Shown in pieces: positions 26,080 to 40,383 of a stretch of DNA of 64,000 nt. A program made the translations under genes and the position numbers. This DNA is from Eledone cirrhosa (lineage: Eukaryota), in the NCBI GenBank assembly GCA_964016885.1, contig OZ024743.1:160828001-160892000 (forward strand), written 5' to 3'. Position 1 is the first letter of the stretch. The number at the start of each line of letters is the position of its first letter. The notes under the pieces are model-generated. The model had not been told where the DNA came from, did not search any database, and worked only from the letters and a program-made list of their open reading frames with translations.

Positions 26080-28657
26080 TATTTATTAAAATAACAGATT
26101 AAAGTTTAAGCAAAGAATCGCTGCTTTCACCCTTAACGGGATCTTCTGAAACTAACAAAGTCAATCTGTAAACGCAGAAGTGGATATTTCAAAAAACGTT
26201 GCAACCGGGGGAAGACAGGAAGACGATACTTTGGTTCGTGGGAACGTTCGCTGGCAAAGAACGGGAAAAAACGATTATAATACGTCATTAATAGGAGCGG
26301 TGAAAAACAATTACGCGCAAAGACAAAACCACGTTTATGGTATAAAAGAGGTCGTAGACTAATGTTCTCTTAGGTGGTTCATAGAGACGTTCTCTGGCAA
26401 TGAACGAAAAAAACGAAGATAATACGTCATATGTGGAGCGTGGAGAACAATAGCACGCAAAGACAAAACCTCGTATATGATATAGCAGAAGTAGTAGACT
26501 AAAATTCTAACTAGGAGACCGAATGAATCTCCGCTACAGAGTTAAGAACAAAGTAAATAAATACAATACAGAAGTAATAGAAATAAATAAATACATACAC
26601 GCAAACAAATACGTACATACACAAGCATACGCAAAACACTTACCAAAGGTATACAAAACCACGCACATATAAATATGTGTGTGTGTGTGTGTGTGTGTGT
26701 ATGCGTGTATACAAATAAATAAATAATTATATAAACGTATCTAAATAAATAAATACGTATATAACAAGCGCACACACATACCTACATGTAAATACACGAA
26801 TGTTCGGAGACGTAAGTCAACCAAAACATGAAGTACACATATACACACACCCTCCATACGTACGAACCTGCATACTCACACAGACGCAAAACTCCCGTAT
26901 ACACATAGCCAAACCATATGTACCAGAAAATATAAAATTATACGCCATAACATAAACAATTAAATATACGTACGAGAAGGTATACGTACCTTCACAAAAC
27001 ATGCGAGTAATATATACTTACCTATGCAAATAAGTAAGGGTATAAACAAAACATATACTTAGCTCCCACATCAAGACGTAAAATATCCACGTATAGATCG
27101 TACTATCCGTTAGGGTATAACGTGGGGCTGTAATACAGGAAAGTTTTGTGCAATTTATGTTTACAAGCCGAAATTGCCTCAGATTTTTTGTTTTAGATGT
27201 GGTCTGTGGCGTAGAGTATTTCCAGGGCCTCAGCGGCGCAGAGGTCACATGGTCTTTTATTACCGTTATACGATCTAGCCCTAGCTAGGATCTCCCAGTG
27301 TAACTTATATTGGGTGTGGTTGTCTTTTAGACTCCAGATATAAGCTGAAAGTGACGTCATATTCCTTCTTAGAGGGTAACGAAAAGAATGGGTATGCATG
27401 TAAAGACGCTGCTTGAATCTATTGCCGGTTAACCCTATGTAGGCCCTACGGGACGTGGGTGTTACAACCTTAAATTTGTAGACAATGTTACTAGAGAGGC
27501 ATTTCCCGGATAGGGGGGCAATCAACCCGATTCCTACAATTACAGTTAGTACTAACTACAGGCTTGCACGTGTTCATACGGCTAGGTAGTTTAGCTAAAT
27601 TTGAAGCTGTGATGTTATGTGCAAGGTTAGGAGTCGTAGAGTAAGCCATTTTAATAGTATTTCTATTAACAATTTATAAAAATTTATAAGTATATGTTTT
27701 GTTTATACCATTACTTATTTGCATAGGTAAGTATATATTACCCGTATGTTTTGTGAAGGTACGTATACCTTCTCGTACGTATATTTAATTGTTTATGTTA
27801 TGGCGTATAATTTTATATTTTCTGGTACATATGGTTTGGCTATGTGTATACGGGAGTTTTGCGTCTGTGTGAGTATGCAGGTTCGTACGTATGGAGGGTG
27901 TGTGTATATGTGTACTTCATGTTTTGGTTGACTTACGTCTCCGAACATTCGTATATTTACATGTAGGTATGTGGGTGCGCTTGTTATATACGTATTTATT
28001 TATTTAGATACGTTTATATAATTATTTATTTATTTGTATACACGCATACACACACACACACATATTTATATGTGCGTGGTTTTGTATACCTTTGGTAAGT
28101 GTTTTGCGTATGCTTGTGTATGTACGTATTTGTTTGCGTGTATGTATTTATTTATTTCCATTACTTCTGTATTGTATTTATTTACTTTGTTCTTAACTCT
28201 GTAGCGGAGATTCATTCGGTCTCCTAGTTAGAATTTTAGTCTACGACTTCTGCTATACCATTTACGTGGTTTTGTCTTTGCGTGCTATTGTTCTCCACGC
28301 TCCACATATGACGTATTATCTTCGTTTTTTCGTTCATTGCCAGAGAACGTCTCTATGAACCACCTAAGAGAACATTAGTCTACGACCTCTTTTATACCAT
28401 AAACGTGGTTTTGTCTTTGCGCGTAATTGTTTTTCACCGCTCCTATTAATGACGTTTTATATTCGTTTTTTCCCGTTCTTTGCCAGCGAACGTTCCCACG
28501 AACCAAAGTATCGTCTTCCTGTCTTCCTCCGGTTGCAACGTTTTTTGAAATATCCACTTTTGCGTTTACAGATTGACTTTGTTAGTTTCAGAAGATCCCG
28601 TTAAGGGTGAAAGCAGCGATTCTTTGCTTACACTTTAATCTGTTATTTTAATAAATA
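26080..28657. mobile_element. Fold-back PLE insertion: ~980-bp inverted repeats (26080-27061 / 27687-28657) around a truncated GIY-YIG
   Basis: Arms near-identical (ORF track gives near-identical peptides on opposite strands); flanked by (TA)n and (TACA)n. Confidence 0.92.
27193..27680 (-). pseudogene. PLE GIY-YIG endonuclease 3' fragment
   Basis: CNCRNRVDCP, IVY...AYIGLT..F..R...H, W, CDLC..E. Confidence 0.88.
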
Positions 28658-28829
28658 CATACATACATACATACATACATACATACATACATACATACAT
28701 ACATACATACATACATACATACATACATACACACACATATATACATATACATATGTACGCCTGTGTTATATCGAACATTAATAATAATGTTCGATTAGAT
28801 TTGAAACAAATTTGAAGCTCTGCCGTGCC

Positions 28830-29060
28830 GGTGACCGATCGTCACCCTGTTTGGTCAACACTGGCTTTGAGGAACAATCAGCATGTTTCTGGGTCCTCAC
28901 CCTTCAACAGTATAATGATGTGCACTTCATAAAATACTATATATTTTCAACTGTTTAACAGACTGGCAGAGGTATACAGTCCTGATGAAGGGTAATGACA
29001 CAGAAACATGTTGATTGTTCCTCAAAGCCAGTGTTGAACAAACAGGTGACGATTGGTCAT
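28830..29060. mobile_element. Small fold-back of a hammerhead-bearing repeat (family shared with 2790-3020)
   Basis: 28830-28910 is the reverse complement of ~28980-29060; 28768-28910 matches 2802-2955. Confidence 0.75.
28976..29018 (+). ncRNA. Type-I hammerhead ribozyme motif
   Basis: acagtc-CTGATGA-agggtaatgacaca-GAAA-catg-TT-gattgt; 6-bp stem I (one G.U), palindromic stem III; stem II eroded. Confidence 0.7.
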
Positions 29061-29677
29061 TATAAATTACGGTATACGAACCTACTATGGTAACTATCAA
29101 CATCCAGGCAGCTTTAGGGTAGTACTGTTTCGAAATTCAGGGACGATTCAGTATTAATTCAATGCTTATCAATGGATGTTCAAACCAGTATACTCTTCAC
29201 TACTAAATTTCTTAGAAGACTAAAATACAGACATGTGTTTGTTAAAAGAGGAAAACCACATGGGTATCACGTGCCAGGTGGGTCGAATAGAACATACAAC
29301 TACTAAGAAATAGCAGCCAACTTCTAAATATAGCATAGGTGCTCAATTTACCAAAATTACATGTTGAGTTAAAAACTCACTAGAGTCCTTATAATCAAAT
29401 TAGCTCAAGGAAAGAATTACCGAGCCTTATAACACAGTAAAGGGAGAAGAACACACATATATATATATATATATATGTGTGTGTATCTATTTGAATCATA
29501 AGGGTCACAAACCCGCAAGGGGAACAATATACTGACTAAAGATAGTAAGGGTGACATAACTCAATTAAAAGAATAAATATAAAAAAAAAATAATAAACAA
29601 CCTTCTGTCTCCAAGACGAATGGTAGATTTTTTAGACTTATTTTAGGAAAAATGTAGCTCTTCGACGCTGGGAATAC

Positions 29678-29866
<189 letters not shown>

Positions 29867-30067
29867 TTGTGTGTTTAATTAGCTGTTAATCATAACTGGA
29901 ATTCTATAAGAATCCACCTTCTATAACTCTCGGCAGAAGCGAAGGGGTATGTTGTCTTGATAACCGCTTATGAGCGAGAAACGTCGATTACTTCCCTTTG
30001 CCTTTGCTGAAATTCATAGTTAATGGGCTTCAAAATGTTTTTAAAAAACATACACCATATACGTACA

Positions 30068-30101
<34 letters not shown>

Positions 30102-30106
<5 letters not shown>

Positions 30107-31237
30107 TAGTCGAATTGCCCGGGCCTTGCTGCGTTTCACACATTTTTTTTTGTAAGAAAATGATTGATTTTAAATCAGTGATATAATTTATGGAGAATAA
30201 CTCTGTTTCAATATTACTCAATGTAAAATGTAATGCATGAAAAATTGGAAAACATTATTTTTTGAAATATATCAAATCAAAATTACATTATTAAATCTTA
30301 TTCTTATTTTGTTTCCTGTAAATATTTTGTTTCAAAATATCAATTCAAAGTTTTGTGAATAGGCATCGTATCTTGTCATTTACCTATGGTTTAAATTTCA
30401 TATAAATCGAAGGGGAAAAGTTTTCAGCGGGGGTTTGTGACCCCGGGGAACCCTAATACGGTGTTTAGCCCCCATTACGTCGTCTTAATATTATTGAAAT
30501 TTGCTGAAACCTATTGTTTAAATTTCATATAAATCGAAGGGGAAAAGTTTTCAGCGGGGGTTTGTGCCCTCGGGGAACCCTAATACAGTGTTTAGCCCCC
30601 ATTACGTCGTCTTAATATTATTGAAATTTGCTGAAACCTATTGTTTAAATTTCATATAAATCGAAGGGGAAAAGTTTTCAGCGGGGGTTTGTGCCCCCGG
30701 GGAACCCTAATACAGTGTTTAGCCCCCATTACGTCGTCTTAATATTATTGAAATTTGCTGAAACCTATTGTTTAAATTTCATATAAATCGAAGGGGAAAA
30801 GTTTTCAGCGGGGGTTTGTGCCCCCGGGAACCCTAATACAGTGTTTAGCCCCATTACGTCGTCTTAATATTATTGAAATTTGCTGAAACCTATTGTTTAA
30901 ATTTCATATAAATCGAAGGGGAAAAGTTTTCAGCGGGGGTTTGTGCCCCCGGGGAACCCTAATACAGTGTTTAGCCCCCATTACGGCGTCTTAATATTAA
31001 TGAAATTTGCTGAAACCTATTGTTTAAATTTCATATAAATCGAAGGGAGAACATTTTCAGCGGGGGTTTGTACCCCTCGCGGAACCCTTTCATTAAACTG
31101 AAATATACTTATCCAAGTACCCTGGGTAATGTAGTTTCAGAAAATATAAGGCTATGGGGGTCTATCTCCAAAACCATAGGAGGAGTTCATGAACAAGCAA
31201 ACAAACAGACAGGAACTATAACTTTATATATGTAGAT
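30102..31237 (+). mobile_element. Non-autonomous Helentron/DINE-1-like (HINE) element with central tandem repeats
   Basis: Starts TATACTAG...GCCCGG, ends (ACAA/AGAC) microsatellite + CTTTATATATGTAGAT, embedded in TA runs; internal 127-bp array. Confidence 0.6.
30382..31088. repeat. Minisatellite, ~5.6 x 127 bp
   Basis: ACCTAT unit starts at 30382, 30509, 30636, 30763, 30888, 31015; units nearly identical. Confidence 0.95.
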
Positions 31238-31254
31238 ATAGATATATGCGCGCA

Positions 31255-31335
<81 letters not shown>

Positions 31336-31336
31336 T

Positions 31337-31710
31337 GTGGCTGCCAACTCGTTTTCGAGTACGGCCACTACTTTATATCCATGTAGGAGAACCCCTACCG
31401 ATGCGCTGAACGAGTGTGACATCTTAGTCCAGCCAGCGACTTGAAAACTCTGGTACAAACACTACACTTGTGACAATTATTGACACATAGTGCTGGGCCC
31501 ATGGTACAATGTGACGACAAGTGCAGAGAGATCTCCAGATATAAAGCAATGCCTGTGCCGTGAAGCTTTTATAGTGAACAAAGGCACTGCACAAAGCCAG
31601 TCCCACTCTCTTAACCAAGATGATATTTACCAAAAAGAAGAACATAGATACATACATACATACATACATACATACATACATACATACATACATACATACA
31701 TACATACATA
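31337..31710 (+). mobile_element. Most complete copy of the ~300-bp short retroelement with (TACA)n tail
   Basis: Matches 9001-9294; ends ACCAAAAAGAAGAACATA-(CATA)n like the LINE 3' end. Confidence 0.8.
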
Positions 31711-31998
31711 GGTATTAGAGGTGCAAATTAATTGCGTCCAGAGACGGTATGCCAAGATAAGCATTCGATGCCCGTGGGGAGTAGTGTATCAATAATAATA
31801 ATATATAAGGAAACAAATATATGTGTTGCATCATATACATATTTAATTACATATTACATATGTTTCACTGCCGAAGTAAGATCCTGGCGTCATCATCAAG
31901 TTCGGATTGATAATTACTTAATCAATAATGGAATTATAGCAAACACAGAGCATAAAGATATATATATATATATTAGAAAGTGACCATCACAAAATAGA

Positions 31999-32398
31999 TA
32001 ATTGTTTCTACTTTTGGCACAAGGCCAGCAATTATCCCATGTATTACTAGTATTTTATTTTATCGACCCCGTAAGGATGAAAGGCAAAGTTAACCTCCTC
32101 GGGATTTGAATTCAGACCGTAAAGGGCCGTAACTCTTTGCTGAAACGCATGGCGTCCGACCCTCTACTGATACTGCTAATGCCCCGCCAATTGCCAATCC
32201 ACTGCCAATGCCAATCCACCGCCAATTGCCAATCCACCGCCAATTGCACACAAAATAAATAATTATTTCTACTATTGGCACAAGGCCGGCAATTAACCAG
32301 TGCATTACTGGTACCTTATTTTATCGACCCCGTAAGGATAAAAGGCAAAGTTAACCCCGGCTGGATTTGAACTCAGAATGGCAAGGGCCGTAACTCTA
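31999..32398 (-). mobile_element. Two tandem tRNA-derived SINEs (one full with reiterated 5' end, one 5'-truncated)
   Basis: Two SINE bodies 31999-32250 and 32255-32398. Confidence 0.85.
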
Positions 32399-32477
32399 TG
32401 GGTCAAAATAAATAATAAAAATTAAATAGCTCTGTCCTATACATAGAGCACTCTTTTTTCCTTCGGAATTACCTAAC

Positions 32478-34437
<1,960 letters not shown>

Positions 34438-34543
34438 AACACTCTTTGAATGTTATTTATAAAGTATTTCAGCTCTGTGATATACTTATTTTACATTGAG
34501 CTATTCTCATATTTGTAATTGGATAATATTTAATATTACACAC

Positions 34544-34642
<99 letters not shown>

Positions 34643-35199
34643 AAGCTGATACTTCCAATCATTTGATTAACTTCTAGGTTCGTTTCAGTTTTAATGCAAT
34701 TAAGTAACATTAAAATATCATCAGGAAATCAATATAAGACTTGCAAATTGCATGTCCTTAAAGGATACCATGGAATTAATTATAGATATTAAAAAATCAC
34801 TTTTTCTTTCAGTAAAAAGCAAACAGTTGATTAAATAGGCGAACGAAAGCGTTGGGCTTTTTTTTAAGCATCATGATTAGATTAAAGGGATAAAGGTCTA
34901 ATGTAAGACAAACCAGTATTATAGTTTATATACATAAATATGTTTTAGTTATTAAATGTTTTCATTATGTGGTCAAATCTCATTTTTTTTTTAAATTACG
35001 TTATTATGACAACATGACATTTGAGAGCGGTGTTCGGGAGACTCGGCTGTTTTAAGCGGTGTCATATTCCACTAGTACTCCTACAGCCAGCATCGAGTTC
35101 CATAATATGTTGAGCATATCAAAAACAAAAACAAAATAACTTTACATTTAAATAATTGTCGGATTACAACACATCAAATAATTGTTTGGATGATCAGTC

Positions 35200-35600
35200 G
35201 CGTATACGCGTAGAGACACTAAAGGCGTCCAAATTTAAGACATGGGATAGCTTTGTGGTTAACCTCAAATCCGACTTCAGATCAGCAAATAAAGTGTTCT
35301 GGCAGACCATCCACCGACTTCGTAATAAGTCCTTCTCCAAACCTGCTATCAGGAATGATGTTCTCCTTTCTTCTGAGGGGTGCATCCTCGTGAGGTGCAG
35401 ACAATACTTTGATAATCTTCTAAACCCGGTCACAATAGCATCATCTGATGTACATGATGTGTATCTGGGAGCGATGGCTAGTCTCTCGGAGGCTGAGGTG
35501 ACAAGAGCAATAAAAGAGCTCAAGTTGTAAGGTTGCTGGTGAAGATGAAATTGGCTAACTCATGTGCGGGATGGCCTGGATCTCTGGAAAGACACCTAAT
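35200..35600 (+). mobile_element. RTE-like LINE remnant
   Basis: FRSANKVFWQTIHRLR...RCRQYFDNLLNP...EAEVTRAIKELK then AGEDEI. Confidence 0.75.
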
Positions 35601-35698
35601 TAATGACAATCGTGAGTGGCTATGAAGATTATAAGTAGTAGATGTGACAGTATACACACTTGCCGAATTCTTATAACCACACTAAATAAAAACTAAAT

Positions 35699-35965
35699 TC
35701 TTCTTCTTCTTCGTCTTCTTCTTCTTCTTCTTCTTCTTCTTCTTCTTCTTCTTCTTCTTCTTCTTCTTCTTCTTCTTCTTCTTCTTCTTCTTCGCTCATT
35801 TATTCCTGAGTGGGTCGTGGGAGCAGAGCCCTCAAATACTCCATTCAGCGGGCGCTATCACAACAACCGTTTCCAACGGATCCGACTGGATCCTCAAGCG
35901 AGACCGGCCAAACTCATAGATGCTATCCAATCATCTTGCTCGGGGTCTACTCCTGGATCTCCTGT
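35699..35965 (-). mobile_element. RTE-like LINE 3' end with (GAA)n tail
   Basis: (CTT)n 35699-35793; minus strand RPRAR*LD-like C-terminal motif. Confidence 0.55.
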
Positions 35966-36628
35966 CGGTTGCTAAATTTTATAAAGAGTTTAATGATCAT
36001 ATAAACGAAGTACAATGAAAAATACGGTACGAAAGCATTCAGCAAGTTTATCTGGCGTGTGCTACACATTTATGAGGCAACTCCGATATCTGGATTTTCC
36101 TGTTTCTGGATATAGCCGTAATATATACTACTTATAGCAATTATAGAGTAAAAAGTTATTTTAATCATTTTCAAAGTATATAATCATACCGTGTGTTCCA
36201 CCTCCGTCGGTTCCGTCCCGGAGTATTCCATTTGTTTGATCAACAGAAGAACATGTTAGATTATTCCACATACATGTGTAACCTTTACTTAATTCTCAGG
36301 TAAATTCAACGTGGCACTGTTACAGTAAAACTCATTTTCTCCATCTCAATGGACTAGAGCAAAATAAAATAAAATGTCTCGCTCAATGTTTTTATGCATC
36401 ATAACGAATTGAAATCCTTAAGCACTAGGCCATGCACCTTCAGGTCAACAATTATAAACATATATACACAAAATACTTGCTAATTCAGATAAAGATATAT
36501 AAATCATTGAATTTGGCTGCCCAAAAGTTTGAAGATAGCAATAATCGTCATTTAAATGCGAAAGTTTAAAAAATGGCACTCAATACTCGTGTGAAAGTGA
36601 TGTCCCAACGGGTATCCTCCACTTCCAA

Positions 36629-36820
36629 CTAACTTACATTCCGCCTCTGGGTCCCAGCCAGCATAATAGAGAATGCATTGCCCCAGAGACGGCGAAGGAA
36701 ATCTCTATACAGCCACTCCACCTCGCGGGTCTCGCACCACCTGCGGGCGGCCAGCTCCGCCCCGATACAAGTGAGCAGGGATATAGTCCAGAGGTCAAGA
36801 ACGCCGGAAGTCTCCATTTA
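36629..36820 (-). mobile_element. C-terminal fragment of a CRE-like RLE non-LTR retrotransposon
   Basis: METSGVL...IG..LA...E.RE.EWL......GNA.SIM resembles the CRE-clade C-terminus (ETxGxxG...RGNA). Confidence 0.6.
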
Positions 36821-37196
36821 TAAATTCATTATGGCGAATAAATCTTAGCCTGCATTATAATGGTAAATATTTTAAAGCATTTTATTACCTAGAGCAACTT
36901 TGCATTTTCCTTACTAGTTATGGAGCTTTGTTTTAGTTTTTCTGCTGTTTGTAAAGTAATTTTCTGCTACTACTGTTATTGACCATTACTTAAGTCATAT
37001 TTTGCCATATATTATATTGAATCCGTTTTTGTGGCGGTAATTTTTTATTTTATTTTACAATATTTTCCATTTTTACTCATATTTTTCCATTCACTAAAAT
37101 ACAAATTAAAAGGCAGAAAGTTGAATATTCATTGTAATCATAAATTTTTTATTATACAATCAGCACCTAAGATACAATTATTATAAATAAATAAAT

Positions 37197-37386
37197 GGCG
37201 GTGGATTGGCAGTATCGGTAGAGAGTCGGACGCCATGCTTTGACGCATAGAGTTACGGCCCTTGCCATTCTGAGTTCAAATCCCGCTGAGGTTAACTTTG
37301 CCTTTCATCCTTACGGGGTCGATAAAATAAAGTACCAGTAATGCACTTGGTAATTGCTGGCCTTGTGCCAAAAAGTAGAAACAATC
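37197..37386 (+). mobile_element. Full-length tRNA-derived SINE with 14-bp TSD
   Basis: Box A/B; ATAAATAAATAAAT at 37183-37196 and 37387-37400. Confidence 0.92.
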
Positions 37387-39004
37387 ATAAATAAATAAAT
37401 ACATGTCAGGAGAGGCAAGTGGACAAATTAAAACAAACTATCACGAAGTCTACCAGATTTAAAACAAGCAATTTTGTTTAGTTTTTAATTATGTCGGAAA
37501 AGGTACTTCTCACAATTTACACCTTACGAATATTTATGCCTTGATTCATCTTGTAATGACGACTAACTGTGTACTATACACTATTGCAATATGTCTTTAC
37601 CAACAACAGAGAGAAATTGTAAATTAGAAATTAAATTTGACAATGTATAGTGAGCTGTAAATAAAGGAAGAGCTCTCAGCCTGCTTTTCCAGCTTTATTG
37701 AAAACATCATTGACGAATGAAACTACACATCGCAGCACATTTCTAAGGTAAATATGCCAGGCATATCTTAGAGATGAATACCAAATTGAACGTTTCTAAA
37801 GAGAACCAGATTTCAAGGCCGTCAAAGATCGTATGACTTTCCTACTTGGGATATGGCCTCGGCAGTTCTAAAGCTCTAACCACCGGCTGTTTATCATTTT
37901 GAGACACCAGTAGCTATGATATCCACTCTTCCTGAAAGTGTTTTGTTTGAAAAAGACCATAGCGTTAAACACATTTGAGCATAGTGTTTTTCTTTTCATT
38001 GGGGACCCCATGACGTTAAATAACAATGACTCATCTCAACTTGACATTATAACATAATACACCTTCTTAATACCTCCATACTTGTGAACAAGCCACGTAA
38101 GAAACTTTGAGTGGCAGGAAACAGCAACCATATCTCCCTGAAATCATATCCATGTGTCTTAAAAAAATAATTTGAAAATGAAATCCAATGTACACTATTT
38201 CTGAACAAAAACAATCTGTGAGATTAAGATTGGAATACATTTCAAATGATTGCTCGATTTGAACTGCTTTGGGAATAAACAAAGCCAACAATAGCATCAA
38301 CTTCTATTTTCCTACCATAAGGTTTGATTATTTTAAAAAATGCATGTCACAAGTAGAACTAGTAATTACCAGGTTGTATCGATATTAGGAAGCGAGTAAT
38401 TATAGATTTTTCATTAAGAAAAACAAGAAACTCCAACCCAACCAGCCAGTCAACCGTTCTACTTAGACGCTATCATAATCATTCAAGTTCCAGTAAGTTC
38501 GACTTCAACATGTAACTAAGTAGGAGATAAATGATTGACACGAAGAGGAAAAAGTGAGAAGTGAAATGCTTGCTGAAGTAGCTATTTCCAATATTTAATA
38601 AGGATATGAAAATGAAATAATAAATCTCCTTAAATAAAAATCTATATCACATCTAGTAAGTAAGACTTCAAAAACAAAATAGACGAAACTAAGTGCTTCA
38701 ATTTTCGAGCTGATCTTTTTATTTATGAAATTCAGTTAATAAATATGTAGTTTGTAATTGCTGCGTGAGAACCATGTGTAGAAACAGCAGATGTTTACCA
38801 TCTAAATTTCTGTTATTGATGATATACTTGATTATAGTTATTTAACATTGAAGTATTGATGAGAATGCTTATTTCACATGAACTGAAGCATGGATGGATC
38901 GAGAAATGCTAATACTATATACATACACACACACACATACACATACACGTATATATACATGTGTGTCTGTCTGTGTGTGTGCGTGTATGTGTGTGTTGTG
39001 TATG

Positions 39005-39081
<77 letters not shown>

Positions 39082-39204
39082 GGTAAACATTGATGCAATT
39101 CAATTCAAGCACTCAACGTACTTTTTCCACATAGGAGTGACGGAGTAAATATCGAATAAGGAAAAGCGAAGTAGTTTCAGATGTTCAAGTCCTTTAATAA
39201 TAAT

Positions 39205-39278
39205 GCTGTGATATATATTTCAATGAAGACACTGGCCACACTGTTCTGTGTTCGAGTGTCGTGACATCATCAGACAGC
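39205..39278 (-). ncRNA. Type-I hammerhead ribozyme motif (left arm)
   Basis: gctgt-CTGATGA-long stem II-GAAA-tatata-TC-acagc. Confidence 0.8.
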
Positions 39279-39870
39279 TTGTTACATAATAAGGTTATGT
39301 TTCCGAGGCAATCCAAATTGAATCGACATGGGAACGGATGAAATGCGTGCCTTTGGGTTTTTCATCCGTTCCCCTGTGAGTACCAATTCACCCCCGCCGG
39401 TCTGCGCAGGCGCATGTCCGAAGGAAGTTGACCATTAACTACCGCAGATTTCAACGAAATTCGCTAGTCAGTTCACCCTCTCAGCCACACGATGGCCCAC
39501 CTTGGCCTGTACCATAGTTTACTGCTACCCATTCCGACTGTCGCAGTCAGCCGAAAGCCAGAGGGGATGGGAGAGTGTTAGTTTTTACAGGTCATAATAC
39601 TACCTCTCACCTAGCGTGGACAGTACGACTGACCATCAACTCATAAGGGAAAATAAACTTAATTCTAGGTATCATGGTTTTACATTGCAAGTTAAGAGTG
39701 AGAGTTGGAAATAAAAATTAAAATCCTAAATCAGATATCAGAAATTATAAATTAAACAATTAAAATATTAACAATTAGAAAATTTTTCAAGTGAGAATTC
39801 GGATTGAGGTGAGTAAAAAATGTCGATTCAATTTGGATTGCCTCGGAAACATAACCTTATTATGTAACAA

Positions 39871-39944
39871 GCTGTCTGATGATGTCACGACACTCACACA
39901 CAGAACAGTGTGGCCAGTGTCGTCATTGAAATATATATCACAGC
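39871..39944 (+). ncRNA. Type-I hammerhead ribozyme motif (right arm)
   Basis: gctgt-CTGATGA-tgtc-acgacact...agtgtcgt-catt-GAAA-tatata-TC-acagc; predicted cleavage after C39939. Confidence 0.82.
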
Positions 39945-39963
39945 ATTATTATTAAAGGACTTG

Positions 39964-40147
39964 GGCGGTGGATTGGCAGTATCGGTAGAAGGTCGGAGGC
40001 CATGCTTTCCAGCATAGTTACGTCCCTTTACGATCTGAGTTCAAATCCCGCCGAGGTTTACTTTGCCTTTCATCCTTACGGGGTCGATAAAATAAAGTAC
40101 CAGTAATGTACTGGGTAATTGCTGGCCTTGTGCCAAAAGTAGAAATA
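39964..40147 (+). mobile_element. Full-length tRNA-derived SINE with 19-bp TSD
   Basis: ATTATTATTAAAGGACTTG at 39945-39963 and 40148-40166. Confidence 0.95.
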
Positions 40148-40196
40148 ATTATTATTAAAGGACTTGAACATCTGAAACTACTTCGCTTTTCCTTAT

Positions 40197-40252
<56 letters not shown>

Positions 40253-40383
40253 CAAAGAGATATTTAATTTTTTTGTAATTCAACAAATATATATAGTTAT
40301 AAAGAATCGAAGCACTCCACAGTTTTCTGGAGTATAATATCAATGATGTTAATAAATGGAAACTATATTTATCAAACAATATT

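Larger units (their letters stand above)
39154..40198. mobile_element. Fold-back element with ~175-bp inverted repeats each carrying a hammerhead; right arm split by a SINE
   Basis: 39154-39329 is the reverse complement of 39820-39963 + 40167-40198. Confidence 0.88.

Noticed and set aside
30382-31088. CRISPR-like regular array
   Set aside because: Whole 127-bp unit repeats with no unique spacers; eukaryotic context
37197-37290. tRNA gene
   Set aside because: Box A/B belong to SINE heads; no full cloverleaf; followed by SINE body and TSDs
37650-38320. Possible host exons (also 15400-15720, 51080-51540)
   Set aside because: Moderate-complexity sequence but stops in all frames and no recognisable domain; needs BLASTX/RNA-seq
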